Assembly: GCF_018350175.1 (NCBI RefSeq)
Contig: NC_058368.1
Location: 205,594,001 to 205,658,000, forward strand
From: Felis catus
Taxonomy: Eukaryota
Direction: 5' to 3'
Length of the DNA stretch: 64,000 nucleotides
The stretch's first letter is position 1; every line of letters begins with the position of its first letter. Both the position numbers and the translations under genes were made by a program. Of this stretch, positions 50,712 through 62,897 are shown piece after piece. The notes beneath the pieces were generated by a model. The model did not search any database. It saw nothing but the letters and a program-made list of their open reading frames with translations, and was not told the origin of the DNA.

Positions 50712-50932
50712 AATTTTTTTAATGTTTATTTATTTTTGAGAGAGAGACAGAGAGAGACAGAGAGACTGAGTGGGGGAGGGGCAGAGAGAGAAGGAAACAC
50801 AGAATCTGAAGCAGGCTCCAGGCTCCGAGCTGTCAGCACAGAGCCCAACGCGGGGCTAGGACTCACAGACGGTGAGATCATGACCTGAGCCGAAGTCGGG
50901 ACACTTAACCGACTGAGCCACCCAGGCGCCCC
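50712..50932 (-). mobile_element. CanSINE (fairly young)
   Basis: ...cttaaccgactgagccacccaggcgcccc with several CpGs retained. Confidence 0.95.
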
Positions 50933-51719
50933 GGTTTTATGTTTGTTATTTTCAAAAGTGGTCATAAGTCTAGGGGAGGGACATTTGATTTTATTTTTTC
51001 TTCCTACCACATCATGCCAGAGAAAGATTCCATTTTGATGATTTAATTGTATGTTTTAATTTCTTTTCTCTTATTCCTCTCAGGTTCTCAGGGTTAACAT
51101 TTCCATTCATATTTTAAAGGAAAGGTTTATAATGAGTCCCACACATGAAGTGTGTTATGAAAGAAGCAGACACAGAATGCAGCTTATTCTTGATTCCCAT
51201 GTAAGGGGAAGAAATACAGCCCTTCTGCTTCCTGCCTGACTTTGGCAAAGTTGGTGAGGTTTATTTTAGATATTGCCAAATGTTTGATCTTTTTATTAAT
51301 ATCTTCTATGCCTACATAGCAGCCATCCCCCAGAACCTCAAAAGCAATTTATAGTCATTATTAGCATTCTCAGTGTCCCTGTGAGACAGGCATGGGGCAG
51401 GTGGTGTTATCTGCCTTGTTCATGTGAGAACTGGAAGTCAATGTGTGACCGCCAGGCTGTTCTGAGGATGGTTAGATGACTTAGGAGCACATCTCAGTTG
51501 TTTACCCAGAATTAATACTTTCATCAGCACAATTATTAGCTGGAAAAAAAAAATGATCTGGGACCAAGAACAGGAATAGTGGAACTGTATTACTGAAATG
51601 CAAATACATTATTTCTTGCTGCCCAATATTAACTCTTCCTTTTACTCAAACAAGACTTTACATAATTTATATGCATGTATTTATACATGCATGTACCTAC
51701 TCCATACATGCATGTACCC

Positions 51720-52040
51720 ACTCCATCCATCCATTCATCCATCCATTTATCCATCCATCCACCCATCCCTCCATCCATCCATCCATCCATCCATCCATCC
51801 ATTCTCAACATAGCATTTATTATATTCCAGACACTCTCCTAGTTCCTAGAGCTCCAAAGCTGAAAATGACTTATTTCTTGCCCTCGAAGGCCTTACAGTC
51901 TACTGGAGACAGGTGTATTAATTAACAAATTCTCCAAAATGAAGCAGATTCTCTGACAGTTGCATGTACAGGGAGTAGCGTAGTAAGTAAAACGGAGAAA
52001 GTGATTAATTCTATCTGGGGTCGGCTTTCAAGAGAAGATG
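51720..52040 (-). mobile_element. L2 3' end with (CCAT)n microsatellite at 51720-51802
   Basis: (ccat)n followed by 'ttccagacactctcctag...ttcttgccctcgaaggccttacagtcta'. Confidence 0.7.
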
Positions 52041-52119
52041 TTTTGCAAGCAGCAATCCATGAGGTGTAAAACCCAAACAGGTTTTTAAAGTATGCTACTT
52101 TACTTTAGAAGCTTTAGAG

Positions 52120-52305
52120 CTAGGCTATTCAGACTTCAGTGTGCAGAGAATCACCTGCAGGGCTTGTTGAATCATGAATTCCTTGGCCTCCATCTCCAGC
52201 AACTCTGATTCATAAGTCTCGGGGCAGGGGGAAGTGTATTTCTAGCAAGCTCCTAGGTCATGCAGCTGCTGCCAACCTATGGACCACATTTTGAGAACTG
52301 CTGCT
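52120..52305 (+). mobile_element. MER5A (hAT-Charlie)
   Basis: 'cttcagtgtgcagagaatcacctgcagggcttgtt...ctgattca...ctagcaagctcctaggt...ggaccacattttgagaactgctg'. Confidence 0.8.
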
Positions 52306-53439
52306 TTAGAAGGAGACAGAGCTTCGACATCACTGTTTTAACCAAGTGAACCTCATGGATCATTTCTCAAGGACCATAGACTCTAAGAACAACAGAGATC
52401 AATGAATAAAAGTTCTCATTATTTTTTCAAAAGAGGCAAATAAATGTGACCCAGAAATTTTCAGTGATTTGTAGATTACCTAGTCAGTAGCAAAGTTGAC
52501 TCCACACTGCTTTTCAAACAGTGGTTTCTGATACATTTGGCTCATAGAGCTGGTCTTCTCCATCTCCCAGTTATAGCTTTTGGTCACATTTATAGTATGG
52601 AAGTGCTGATGGAAAAGTGGCTTGTGTGGGTGGGTGTGGGCATCCCTGCACAGACCAGCTGCAAAGAAAATACCAGGATGTAGGCAAAGACCAACCTCCA
52701 TGGCAACAGCTTTCAGAAAGTCCCATTTCCTCAGTTGTAGGGACTTTCCAAGAATCTGTTTAGTGCAGCAACTGTACACAATTCCAGGGCCATTTTCTGT
52801 GTATCTCTATTCCAATTGTAAATGGCTGCTTCTGAACTTTTATGCTTCTTGAAAAGTTTATAGATGTAGCAACTCTTGTTCATTTTGTTCTAGGGTTGGA
52901 GAAGTAGGGAAGGCAGCAAGCAGAGAAGGACTGAGTTAACAGATTTCTGGATTTTTATCACTTTTGGATTATAGCACCATTTTTATTTTGTCCATCAATT
53001 GCGTAGGAGACCAACCTCATTTCTTAGCTGGGAATGTTGTTCAGCCTTTGATCTAAGGGCTTCTCCAAATCTGGACCTTGTCTTGCTTTTGCGTTCTTTG
53101 GGCCCACACAGTGCCTGACATGTAGTCAAGCCTCAGGAACTGTTTGCTGAGTGGATGAATGAACTGAGAATGTATGAATGTGCCCACTCAGAGTACTGAC
53201 TTCTGACCAGAGCAGCAAAACCAGGCTTAGGGTTGGTTTGAGACAAAACCATGAAATGAGTAAAGTTTCTTCAGCACCCACAAACAACAAACCATTTAGG
53301 GGCCCTTCCAGGCCTCCTTTGTCACCCTTCCTAAACTTTTCAGGCATAGGGTGCTTCTGTGTGGCTCATTGGTGCTCATGTTGTTTCCAGGGAGCCTTCC
53401 ATTTGTTTTTGTCGTTGTTCTTTTAAGTGAGTATGTGTC

Positions 53440-54178
53440 TTATTTATTTGTTTGTTTAAAAACCCCACATAACAAAATTTATCATCTCAACCATTTTTAA
53501 GTGTAGCATTCACTAGGGTCCATGTAGTTGTGAAACATACCTCCAGAGCATTTTCATCTTGCAAATCTGAAACTGTATATCCATTAAACAATCCCCTTTT
53601 CTCCAAGCCCCTGGTAACTACCATTGTACTTTCTGCTTCTGTGAATTTGAGGACTTTAGGTATCTCATGTAAGTGGACACATTTGTATTTATCTTTTTTA
53701 ACTGGCTTGTTTTACTTGGAATAATGTCCTCAAACTTCACCCATGTTGTACCATGTTACAGAATTTCCTTCCTTTTTATGGCTGAATACTGTTCCATTGT
53801 ATGTGTATACCACATTTTGTTTATTTACTCATCCATCAATGGACATTTGGGTTGCTTCTACCTTTTGGCTACCGTAAATAGTGTTTTCTGTGAGCATGGC
53901 TGTGCAAATATCTCTTTGAGATCCTGCTTTCATTTTTTTTTGGATATTTACCCAGAAGTGAAACTACTGGATCATATGGTAGTCCTATTTTTATTTTTTT
54001 TGAGGAACCTCCATCCTGTTTTCCCATAGTGGCTGCACCAATTTATATTCCTGCCAACAGTGCACAAGTGCTCCCTTTTCTCTAGATCCTTGCCATTTCT
54101 TGCTATTTTCTGTTTTTGTTGTTGTTGTTTTGTTTTGTTTTAGTTTTTGTTTTGTTAGTAGCCATCTTAATGGGGGTA
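53440..54178 (-). mobile_element. L1MB-type 3' end
   Basis: 'cataacaaaatttatcatctcaaccatttttaagtgta...ggctgaatactgttccattgtatg...gtggctgcaccaatttatattcc'. Confidence 0.88.
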
Positions 54179-54192
54179 AGGCTATGGTACTA

Positions 54193-54995
54193 TGATGTAT
54201 AATGAGAAATATGTATTTGCTCTTCATCCCCTTTCTGGCACAGAGTTCCTAAAACCTTGGAATTTCTTAATTGATAGGATGAATAAAGGTGTCTTCTTAT
54301 GTTAATTTGGTGACTTTTGGACCCCACCTAAGAATGAGCTGATGGCCAGGAGAACCAATCCTGTGATTAGAGAGTTGGAACTTTACGTCTTATCCTCCCT
54401 ATCCCCCTCTGGGGAGGTTCGACCCCTCTGCAGGTTGAACCAATTGCCAGCAGCCATTAATTTAATCAGTTGTGCCTATGTAATGAAGCCTTCATAAAAA
54501 CCCAGAAGGATTGGGTTCAGAGAGATTCCAGGGAGATTCCAGGTTGGTGAACAGGTGGAAGTGTTAGGAGAGTGCTAAGAGCATCTAGGGAGGGCATGAA
54601 ACTCTGAGCCTTTTCCCCATGTCTTGCCCTGTCCTTCTCTGGCTGTCCATGAGTTATATATAATAACTTATCAATATCTTATATATAATATATAATGTAC
54701 AATAAATCAGTGATCTCATAAGTAAATGTGTCTCTGAGTCCTGTGAGCCACCCTAGAAAATTAATTGGACCCAAGGAAGGGGTGACGGGTATTCTCATTT
54801 ATGGGCAGGTGGACATAATGGCAATCAACTGGCATCTAAAGTCCAAGGCAGAGGTTGTTGGAACTCCCAATCTATAATTGGTAGGTCAGAAGTCCAGGTG
54901 AGAATCTGGGCTTCTGACTGGTTTCTGAAGCAGGTGGGGGGCATGGGGGACAGTTAAGGACTGAAGCCTTAACCTGTTGAACCTGGTGCTCTGTT
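54193..54995 (+). mobile_element. MER21-like LTR
   Basis: 'tggcacagagttcctaaaaccttggaatttc...accaatcctgtgattagagagttggaacttt...tgcctatgtaatgaagccttcataaaaaccc...ttccaggttggtgaaca'. Confidence 0.75.
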
Positions 54996-55099
54996 AATAA
55001 TATTGCTAATTTAATCAATATAATATTAATAAATAATAATAGAGTATCTATAATATTAATACTCCTTACTGAGTACTTACTGCACACTAGCTGTGGCTC

Positions 55100-55497
55100 T
55101 GTATTAATTTCTATAACAAATGCCACTAACAAATGCCACAGAATGGGTGGTTTAAACAACATAAATGTATTTTTTCACAGTTATGGAGGCCAGAAGTCCA
55201 AGATCAAGGGCTTGGCAAGGTTGGATTCTTCGGAGGGTCTTTCTCCTTGGCTTGTAGATAGCCATCTCCTTCAGGCCTTCTGGTCTTCACATGGCCCTCC
55301 CTCTATGTGTGTGTCCTAATCTCTTCTTATAAAGACACCAGTCATATTAGATTCAGGCTCACCCATTTGACCTAATTTTACCTTAATTACCCTTTTTAAA
55401 AATGCTGTCTCCAAATACAGTCACATTCTGTACTGAGGTACTGAGAGTTAGGACTTGAACATGTGAATTTTGGGGGGACATAATCTAGTGCCTATAT
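55100..55497 (-). mobile_element. MaLR LTR (MLT1A/B-like) inserted within a MIR
   Basis: 'cacagttatggaggccagaagtccaagatcaagg...ctcttcttataaagacaccagtcatatt...tctccaaatacagtcacattctg'; MIR resumes at 55498-55675. Confidence 0.88.
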
Positions 55498-57714
55498 GAA
55501 GTCTTACAAAACCCCGTGAAATATGTACAATTATTATTCCTATTTTACCTGTGGAGGCATGAAGCAGTCAAGTAACTTTCCCATGATCAAAGCTAGAAAT
55601 GGCTTGACCATAATTTGAACAAGGCAGCCTAGTTCAAAGTCTGTGCTGTTACCCACAAAGCTATACTGCTTCTGTTATTTGATTTGTGAATTCTGTGCAT
55701 GCTACTTTGATAAAAATAAAAACTAATAAAAACGTGAGCAGGGTTTGTTTTAAAATTTTATCCAGAGCCAGTCTTAGGGTTAGAAAAATACTTGCTCATT
55801 TTATGCTCTAAGGAACTATAGACCAGTAGCTTATGGGGGTAATTTCTACCCATGCTTTCCTCTGGGGCCAACTTTTTCAAAAGATTTCTTTGGCTGTGAT
55901 TTTGTCCTTAGGACTTGGTTTCAATAGGAGCTATTTTTACTTGATACCTGGGAGAACTGGGCTCTTTGGATGGAACATCTTCAGGGTGTACATCCTGAGT
56001 AGATTGTGGGCATCTAGTCTTCACGTTGCCTCCTGTTCATGGGAATCCTGAGGAGTGGTAACCATAGTTACCAAGTGGCTTTGAAGTGACTTGCTCCAAA
56101 GGAAATTCTGAGCTGAAGCTAGAAGATTGCATTTGGGAGAGAATGGAAAAGGAAATTAAAAAGAAGGGAGGGAGTCAAGAAGTTGCAGGAGGTGGGGAGG
56201 ATAGGAAGTGAGCTAGGCTAAACTGGAAAAGAGGAGCAGACTAAGTGGGCCTGCCTTCAAGCTGAGGAAAAAAATCACCAAATCTATCTTAACTGAATTT
56301 CATTCTTGCTTTAGGGTTTCCATAGTGTATAATTGTTATTAAGTTTCATAGGATTTCTGATTCTAACGTTTCTGCTAACGGGGTTTTTATCATCTCCACT
56401 CCTCCTATAACTTTTGCAAAGTAAGACAATGATTATTGCTATGTATTGACCCACTAGCATTTGACAAATGATCTATGCCTCATTCTTCATGTCTTGTGCA
56501 GAGGACAGGAAAGCAGATAAAAGGTAGCAAACCTTCTACCAGCTTTTAATGACTCTGGGAATAGTCCAGCCTAATCCTTTAAATCTATGACATAAATAAT
56601 TAGAGACAGAAGAGGAACAAAACACTGACAGGAGCTCAAAGGAACAAGTGCTGAGGTATAGAACTGTCTAAAATGCCTTTAGACCTTTCATCCCTTAGCT
56701 AACACCATCTGTTAACATGCAAGGAAATTCAGAAGTCTCTGGGTGATAGCTGCAGGTATAGAGGTGCCAGATGGAACTATCTTAGCAGCTGCGGAAGTTA
56801 GGGAATAATTATTTCGCCCTGTATTTTGTGGCCTGAAGAGCTCTCAGTAGATGTGGCAAAAATAATCAAAGCCAGATGGTTCTAGGGAGATGTTGCACAT
56901 GGCCCTTGGACCCTTTGCCTGTTTTCTATCCTCTTGTCCCAATGGATGACCAGTTTAAGTCTCAGATCTGGTTGGTGAATCAGATCCACTTGGTGAATAT
57001 AAACTTTAGGGATAAACAACATTACTGCAACATTACTGGGGCCCTAATTGGGGTGGGGTCTTCTGCATCCAGGACACTTTATTTCAGAAACTGCCATGGC
57101 ATTGATTTTTTTAACCATCCACGGACTGGTCTTTACTCATCATATCCTCAGATATCAGCAGTTTTTGAATGGCTCACAGCTAGCTCTGGGCTGTTTCTCT
57201 GCCCCATGAGATCAATCTCTTTTCTTGAGTTATGCAACAATTCTGTAGAGTGCTTCTGTATTCTATTTCTAATATTCTTTCTTTAGATCTTGATGGCTGT
57301 GGTATACCTTCAGGAACCCTAAGTAGGCTTGCACCCATCTAGGCCTTCACAGATTAAAGCTGGCTTGTCAATCAGGTGTAACCAGCACTGCTCCACTAAT
57401 ATTTCCTTGTTGTTCTTTCTCTCGTTGGAGCAGACAGCCATAAATGCCTTCAGATATGAGAAGCCTTCTCATTTGGATCCTCTATCCTGATTCAACACCA
57501 AACACAACCATCCCAGTAAAATTGAATCTAACTGAACAGCAAAGTGATGCTATGTATATCCATTTACGTTGCAAACTTTATATATATATATATACACATA
57601 TATATATATATATTTTTTTCTTTCTCCCCTAACCCATAGACTGCCTGATGAAGTGCCATAGGATAGAGAGCACAATACAGTGAAGATGCAGTCCCAGCAG
57701 CAATTTGAGAGTTG

Positions 57715-57875
57715 AATGGAACTGGTTCACAATAGCTGATTTTAAATATGCAGGAATTTCAAGCCAGTAGTTAAAGCTTGAAATCAGCCACTGTGGGAAT
57801 ATTTATACCATGAAAACTGGCAAACACTATAAGTCAGAGCTTTTCTCCCCCAACCCTGGAGAGATGGTTTACCCA
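57715..57875 (-). mobile_element. MER63-like (hAT-Blackjack) fragment
   Basis: 'gcttgaaatcagccactgtgggaatatttataccatgaaaactggcaaacactataagtcagagc...ggtttacc'. Confidence 0.7.
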
Positions 57876-58647
57876 TGAGAGACTGGGTGAAGGAGAGGAG
57901 AAATATGGAAGGAGGCATGTTCTCCAACTTCCAGAGGAAAAAGTTTGTAAATAGGACTGTCAAAAATGCCAAAAAAAAAAAAAAAAAAAAAAAAAATGAG
58001 TAAGGCAAATTCTGAAACAAGTCACAGTTCAATTGGTTCTCATAAGGTATAAAAATTACAAATATTTAATGAAATTAAATTAAAAAATATATATAAAACA
58101 CTGCTGCAATCCAGTAATCTGTGCTTTCTCAAAGACAAAAATGCCTAGTAGTCCCTGAACTCCATTTGTTTGGAGTTGAGTCTGGAGAGGACAACTATAG
58201 CTTAATTGTATGTTTTGAAAGGTGACGGACTCTAATGCAAATCTTCCCAGCAGACAGCTTCACTTTCTGTTGCCTACTTATAGACCCCTTTGAGGTGCTA
58301 GTTTACCACATAAAAACAGGGCTTTGTTTTTCAAGGGGTAACGTGGAAGAAGCATTAGTACTAGTAATTCCCAGCTAAAAAATGGGTTCTCCGAAGTTTT
58401 TCTCCAGGCCTCAGTCTCAGTGGTTTAATCAGTGTTAACTGTTGATATTTCGAACCTATTGCAAACTTGAACTTCAGCCTTTTCATTGCTTTGTCATCAC
58501 AGTAAAGATACCTTTCAATTCTATTTCTGCCTGTGTTTTTAGTGCATCAGCCCCTTGAGATTTTGTGCTTATGCTTACAGAGTACGTCACTGAGCTTTCT
58601 TCAGTAACAGACACCTGTAGAGGGAGGCAGGGGCCACCTCTGTTAGA

Positions 58648-58700
58648 TGAGCCAAAATCAAGAGCTGGACACTCAGCCGACTACGCCACCCAAGCACCCC
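58648..58700 (-). mobile_element. Isolated CanSINE 5' head (~52 bp)
   Basis: tgagccaaaatcaagagctggacactcagccgactacgccacccaagcacccc with no body or tail. Confidence 0.8.
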
Positions 58701-61350
58701 AAAGATTTTATCTTAAGTGTACTGGGAAATCATAAAGAATTTTAGGCAGAGATGTGTTTGAAAAAATTCACCTTGTTTGCCATGTGGAGAATAGATTGGA
58801 GTCGGCAAGGAGAGAATGGGGAGACCAAGTAGAATAAAAGTTGACAGATGGTAGTAACTTAGACTGGGACGAAAGGTCAGAGAAGAAGAGGACAGATTAA
58901 TTATTTAAGAAGTAGAACTGGTCGAATTTGGCGATGGATTGTAGGAGAGAATTGAGGAGAGTGGCATCCATGACAACTCCCCATTTTCTGACTTTTGTTT
59001 CTGGATACAGGATGCTGTGTTCCCTCAGACTGGACACAGGGGTGAAAGACCAGGTTGGAGAGAAAACAGATGGATTCAGTTTGGGATAGGTTGATTCTAA
59101 GGTGTCTTTAAGGTGTTCAAGTGGGAAAAATACATAACAGAAGTTAAGGAGGCAAGCTAGGAGCTCAGAGGAGAGGTTAGGGCTATAGGTACAAATCCGA
59201 ACGAACGTTGCTGGTTTGTGAGTAGTCATTAAAGCCTTGGGTGGTAGTGACATTTCCAGAGAAGAAAGCATGGAGTAAGAAGAGGCTGGAGCTGAGTCTT
59301 GAGGAATGCTAATGATTCGAGTCCACCAGAGGAGGCTAAACTCACAAAGGAAGCCGAGGAGGACTGGCTAAAAGGTAAGGGGAAAGTTGGGAGGGTCTGA
59401 TAGCAACATTGTTTAAAGAAAGCATGGTGGAGTTTTTAAAGAAGGAGCTGTTGATTGGGCAAAATTTTGCTGACAATTCACCTGAGGACTGAAAAATACC
59501 CATGCCTTTTAGCAATGTGAAAGTAGTCAATGGTAACCTTAGTAAAAGCCATTCTGGTGAAGGGGTGGGTGTATAATCAGATTAGGGTGGACTGAGGAGT
59601 GGGTGGGAAGTGAGGAGAAAGCACTTGGGAAGAAAATTACTTTAAAAAGTTCGTCAGTGAAGGGGAGGTGAGACTTACAGTGGTCGTGGAGGGTCATGCG
59701 ACTCTTCACAGGAGTATTTTGATTTTGTGTTTTAGGATGGGATAGACTTGAGGCTATTTGAAAATTCAGAAAGGAGTAGTTCCTGAGAAGGTAGGGGAAA
59801 ATAGGACCCACCAAAAAGAGGAGGGACTGATTCAGACAGGAATGAGTACATCCTTTCTTTTATAACAAAAGGAATTAGAAATGTATGAGTATACATATGG
59901 CAAGGTATGTAGGTTTGTAACAGCACACAGGAGTTTATCTGTGAGCGCCTATTTCTCTGTAAAGTAGCAAGGGAGATTGCCCGCTGTGAGGGTAGCTGTG
60001 GGCTGTGGGCGGTATATACATGAGTGAATGTGTGTGTGTATGGTGGGTGGGTGTGTACGTGTGTGTTGATGAGGTACGCTGGAGAAAGGGCCAGAGTTTT
60101 TAAGAGAGTGGAAGAGTTTTGAAATAATCATTATGGAGAGTAGGAGACTGAGCTGACTAGATGAACCAGGGAACTACCAGGTGGTGTTGAGACCCACCGT
60201 TGAGGTGACCATGAACTTACAATGGTACAAATATATTTCCTTCATTTACTTACTCCATAATGAATGTTTATTGTTAAAATAAAGTAAATGAATACTTACT
60301 GAGTGTTAACACTATTCTAGGTGCTAAGGATATAGTGGCAAACAAAACAAGTCCATTCTATGTCATTAGAGACCCTGTGTTTCCACAGAGGAAAATAGGC
60401 ACAGATTATATAAAGGAGTGCCTCATATGTGTTATGGTAGGTGGTGACAGATGCTATCCAGAAAAATCATAGTTATGGGAGGATATCTGTTGTACGTGGT
60501 AGTCAGGGAAGGAGACATTTCAGCAGAGACCTGAATGAAGTAAAGGAGTGAGACTTGTAGATATCTGGACTCAGAAATTTTAGACAAGGAAGACCTCATA
60601 AAGGTAAAGATAAATGCAAATGCCCTGAGGCAGGAGGAATATCAGCAATGAGATCAGAGTAGCTGGAGTGCTGTGAAGAGGAGATAAGGCCAGAATAGAA
60701 AGTGTGGGCCAAATCACAGAGTGTTCTAGAATATGGAAAAGAATTTGGCTTTTAATCAGAGTGAGATGAGAAGCCACTGGAGGGTTCTGAGTGGAGCATG
60801 TGATAGGTCTTGCATGTTCCATGTTGGGATTTTTCTCTAGCAAGATGCAGCTGCCTGAGTGAAAACTTGGAGGAAGTACTGCAGCTGGGCTGGCAAGTAC
60901 AGAGACCAAGAGGTATTAAGCATAGCATTATTGAACTTGCTGACTGTAGAATCTAACTTGGGTAAGCTCCTTGTGAGCTGTTATGTCTCTATCCACAGCT
61001 TGAAACATGCTTCGCTCCCTCCTCGAGCATCTCGGCAAAGCCTGGGGCCTTGGGGATGGGAGAAGCACCATGGGTGTCTGCTGTTAGCCATTCATACACT
61101 CACTTGGAAGATCCTGGAGGAATCTAGCATCTAATTTGGGTAAGGAAGGATATAAAGACAGGTAGAGGCCAATGGATAGAGACTTGAGGCTCCATGAGGA
61201 CAAAGAACGGTCAAACTAATGAGAAGGAAAGGAGATTATGGTTAAGGGTGGGGGGTGTGATTTTATTATTTTAAAGGTAGTGTAACTTCATTCAATACCA
61301 CGGTCTATGGTGTAAATATGGGAGAGAGTGACTAGGTGAGAAGGTCAAGT
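58701..61350 (-). mobile_element. Extended L2 remnants, including a second L2 3' end at ~60240-60830
   Basis: Purine-rich antisense L2 motifs (ggagctcagaggagaggttagggcta, gagacatttcagcagagacctgaatgaag, gaagccactggagggttctgag). Confidence 0.72.
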
Positions 61351-61891
61351 AAGGGAGAGGCTAAGTGTTTGTCAAATTGGACATATTATTATATTCTAAT
61401 ATTTAGTTTAAGCTGAATTTTTCCATTAACCACATGCTTAATTTTTTTTTTCCTAAGGAAACCTGGTAACCTTGACAAGCACATTATTGTAAGTAGGGCA
61501 GAGCTTAGAGTCCTGTTTAGAATTTTTTAAAAAGAAGATTTCTTAAGTGGTATCCTATCGGAACAACATCAATGAGGGAGGTGTGTTTGGTGCTAGTCAA
61601 GTATGAGTGGGTGAGTAAGTAGGTGAGCTCTAATGTTCTTAGCACCGTTAAAGTGGCTCACAGCTGGAAAGTTTGAGAATTGCTAAATTCTTTTACCACA
61701 CTCACCTAAAAAATGAATTAATTGGGAACACTTAGTGATGTAGACCTGGCTGATTACTGAAACCTCTACAGAGCTTTTTCACAACACATACATCCATTTC
61801 CTACCCTGGAACAAATGTTTCAGAATTTTTGAGGGATAAAGCCCATGTGGGCTTTATGTGCCAAGATTGAAAATCACTGGAATAGTGCTCA

Positions 61892-62897
61892 GTGGACAGT
61901 TATTACTTTTGCTTGCTTATATCCATGGTTTCTTCTTCTGGTGATGGTGATGTGACTTTACCCCAGGACACCACCCCTAACCTACTCTTGGTCTATGTGC
62001 TTTTAGCATAATGGATACTACCATGGCTCCAGAGACAGCAGGTTATCCAAGACTGGTTGATCTGAGAATCACATCTCCCTTTCTATAGAGATTGGTTTAT
62101 GGATGGCACAAGACCTGAGCCAAGGTGATTTTTTTTTCCAATCAGAGAAAATTCCAGAACTTTTGCTTTACTTACTGACTCATTCTCTTGACTGTGGGCT
62201 TAGACCTGGAAAGATAGAAGCAGGGAGTTGCTGACAGCCATTTTGTCAACATGAAGAAAGCCTCTCTGAAAAGGGAGCAACACAGAGAAAAGCAGAGGCA
62301 ACATGGAAACAGAGATCAGTCCTGGTGACAATATTTGCAAGATTAAGCCATTGCTGATTTTTATTTTAATTCCAGTATAATTCATATATAGTGTTATTTT
62401 TTTTTTTGTTTCAGTGTACACAACAGGGATTCAGGAATTCTTTACTCAGTGCTTATCATGGTAAGTGCCCTCTTAATCCCCTTCACCTACCTGCCTTCCC
62501 TCTGGCAACCACCAGTTTGTTCTCTATATTTAAAAGAGTCTGTTTTTTTTTTTTGTTTGTCTCTTTTTTCCTTTGTTTATTTTGTTTCTTAAAATCCACA
62601 TATTAATGAAATCATATGGTATTTGTCTTTCCCTGACTGACTTATTTTGCTTAGCATTACACCCTCTAGATCTATCCATGTTGTCGCAAATGGAAAGATT
62701 TCATTCTTTTTTATGGTTTAGTAATATGCCATTGTATATATACTGCATCTTCTCTATCCATCTATTGATGGACACTTGAGCTGCTTCCATATAAGCCATT
62801 CCTGATTTTTGATTATGTGAGTCTATGGTCCTTATGTGCTCAGGTAATTTGATATGTGTTTTCTGTCACTTGCAACTGAAGAGTTTGGTACCTAGAG
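61892..62897 (+). mobile_element. Old MaLR LTR (MLT1K/J-like), split by an L1 insertion
   Basis: 'gattggtttatggatggcaca...gacagccattttg...agtcctggtgacaata' and 3' 'ttttctgtcacttgcaactgaagag'. Confidence 0.7.
62363..62791 (-). mobile_element. Carnivore L1 3' fragment with 19-bp TSD
   Basis: TSD taagccatt(g/c)ctgattttt at 62344-62362 and 62792-62810; L1 3'UTR and ORF2-end motifs. Confidence 0.9.

Noticed and set aside
56876..57286. 136-aa ORF in unique sequence
   Set aside because: No recognisable family, splice context or promoter; a length attainable by chance.
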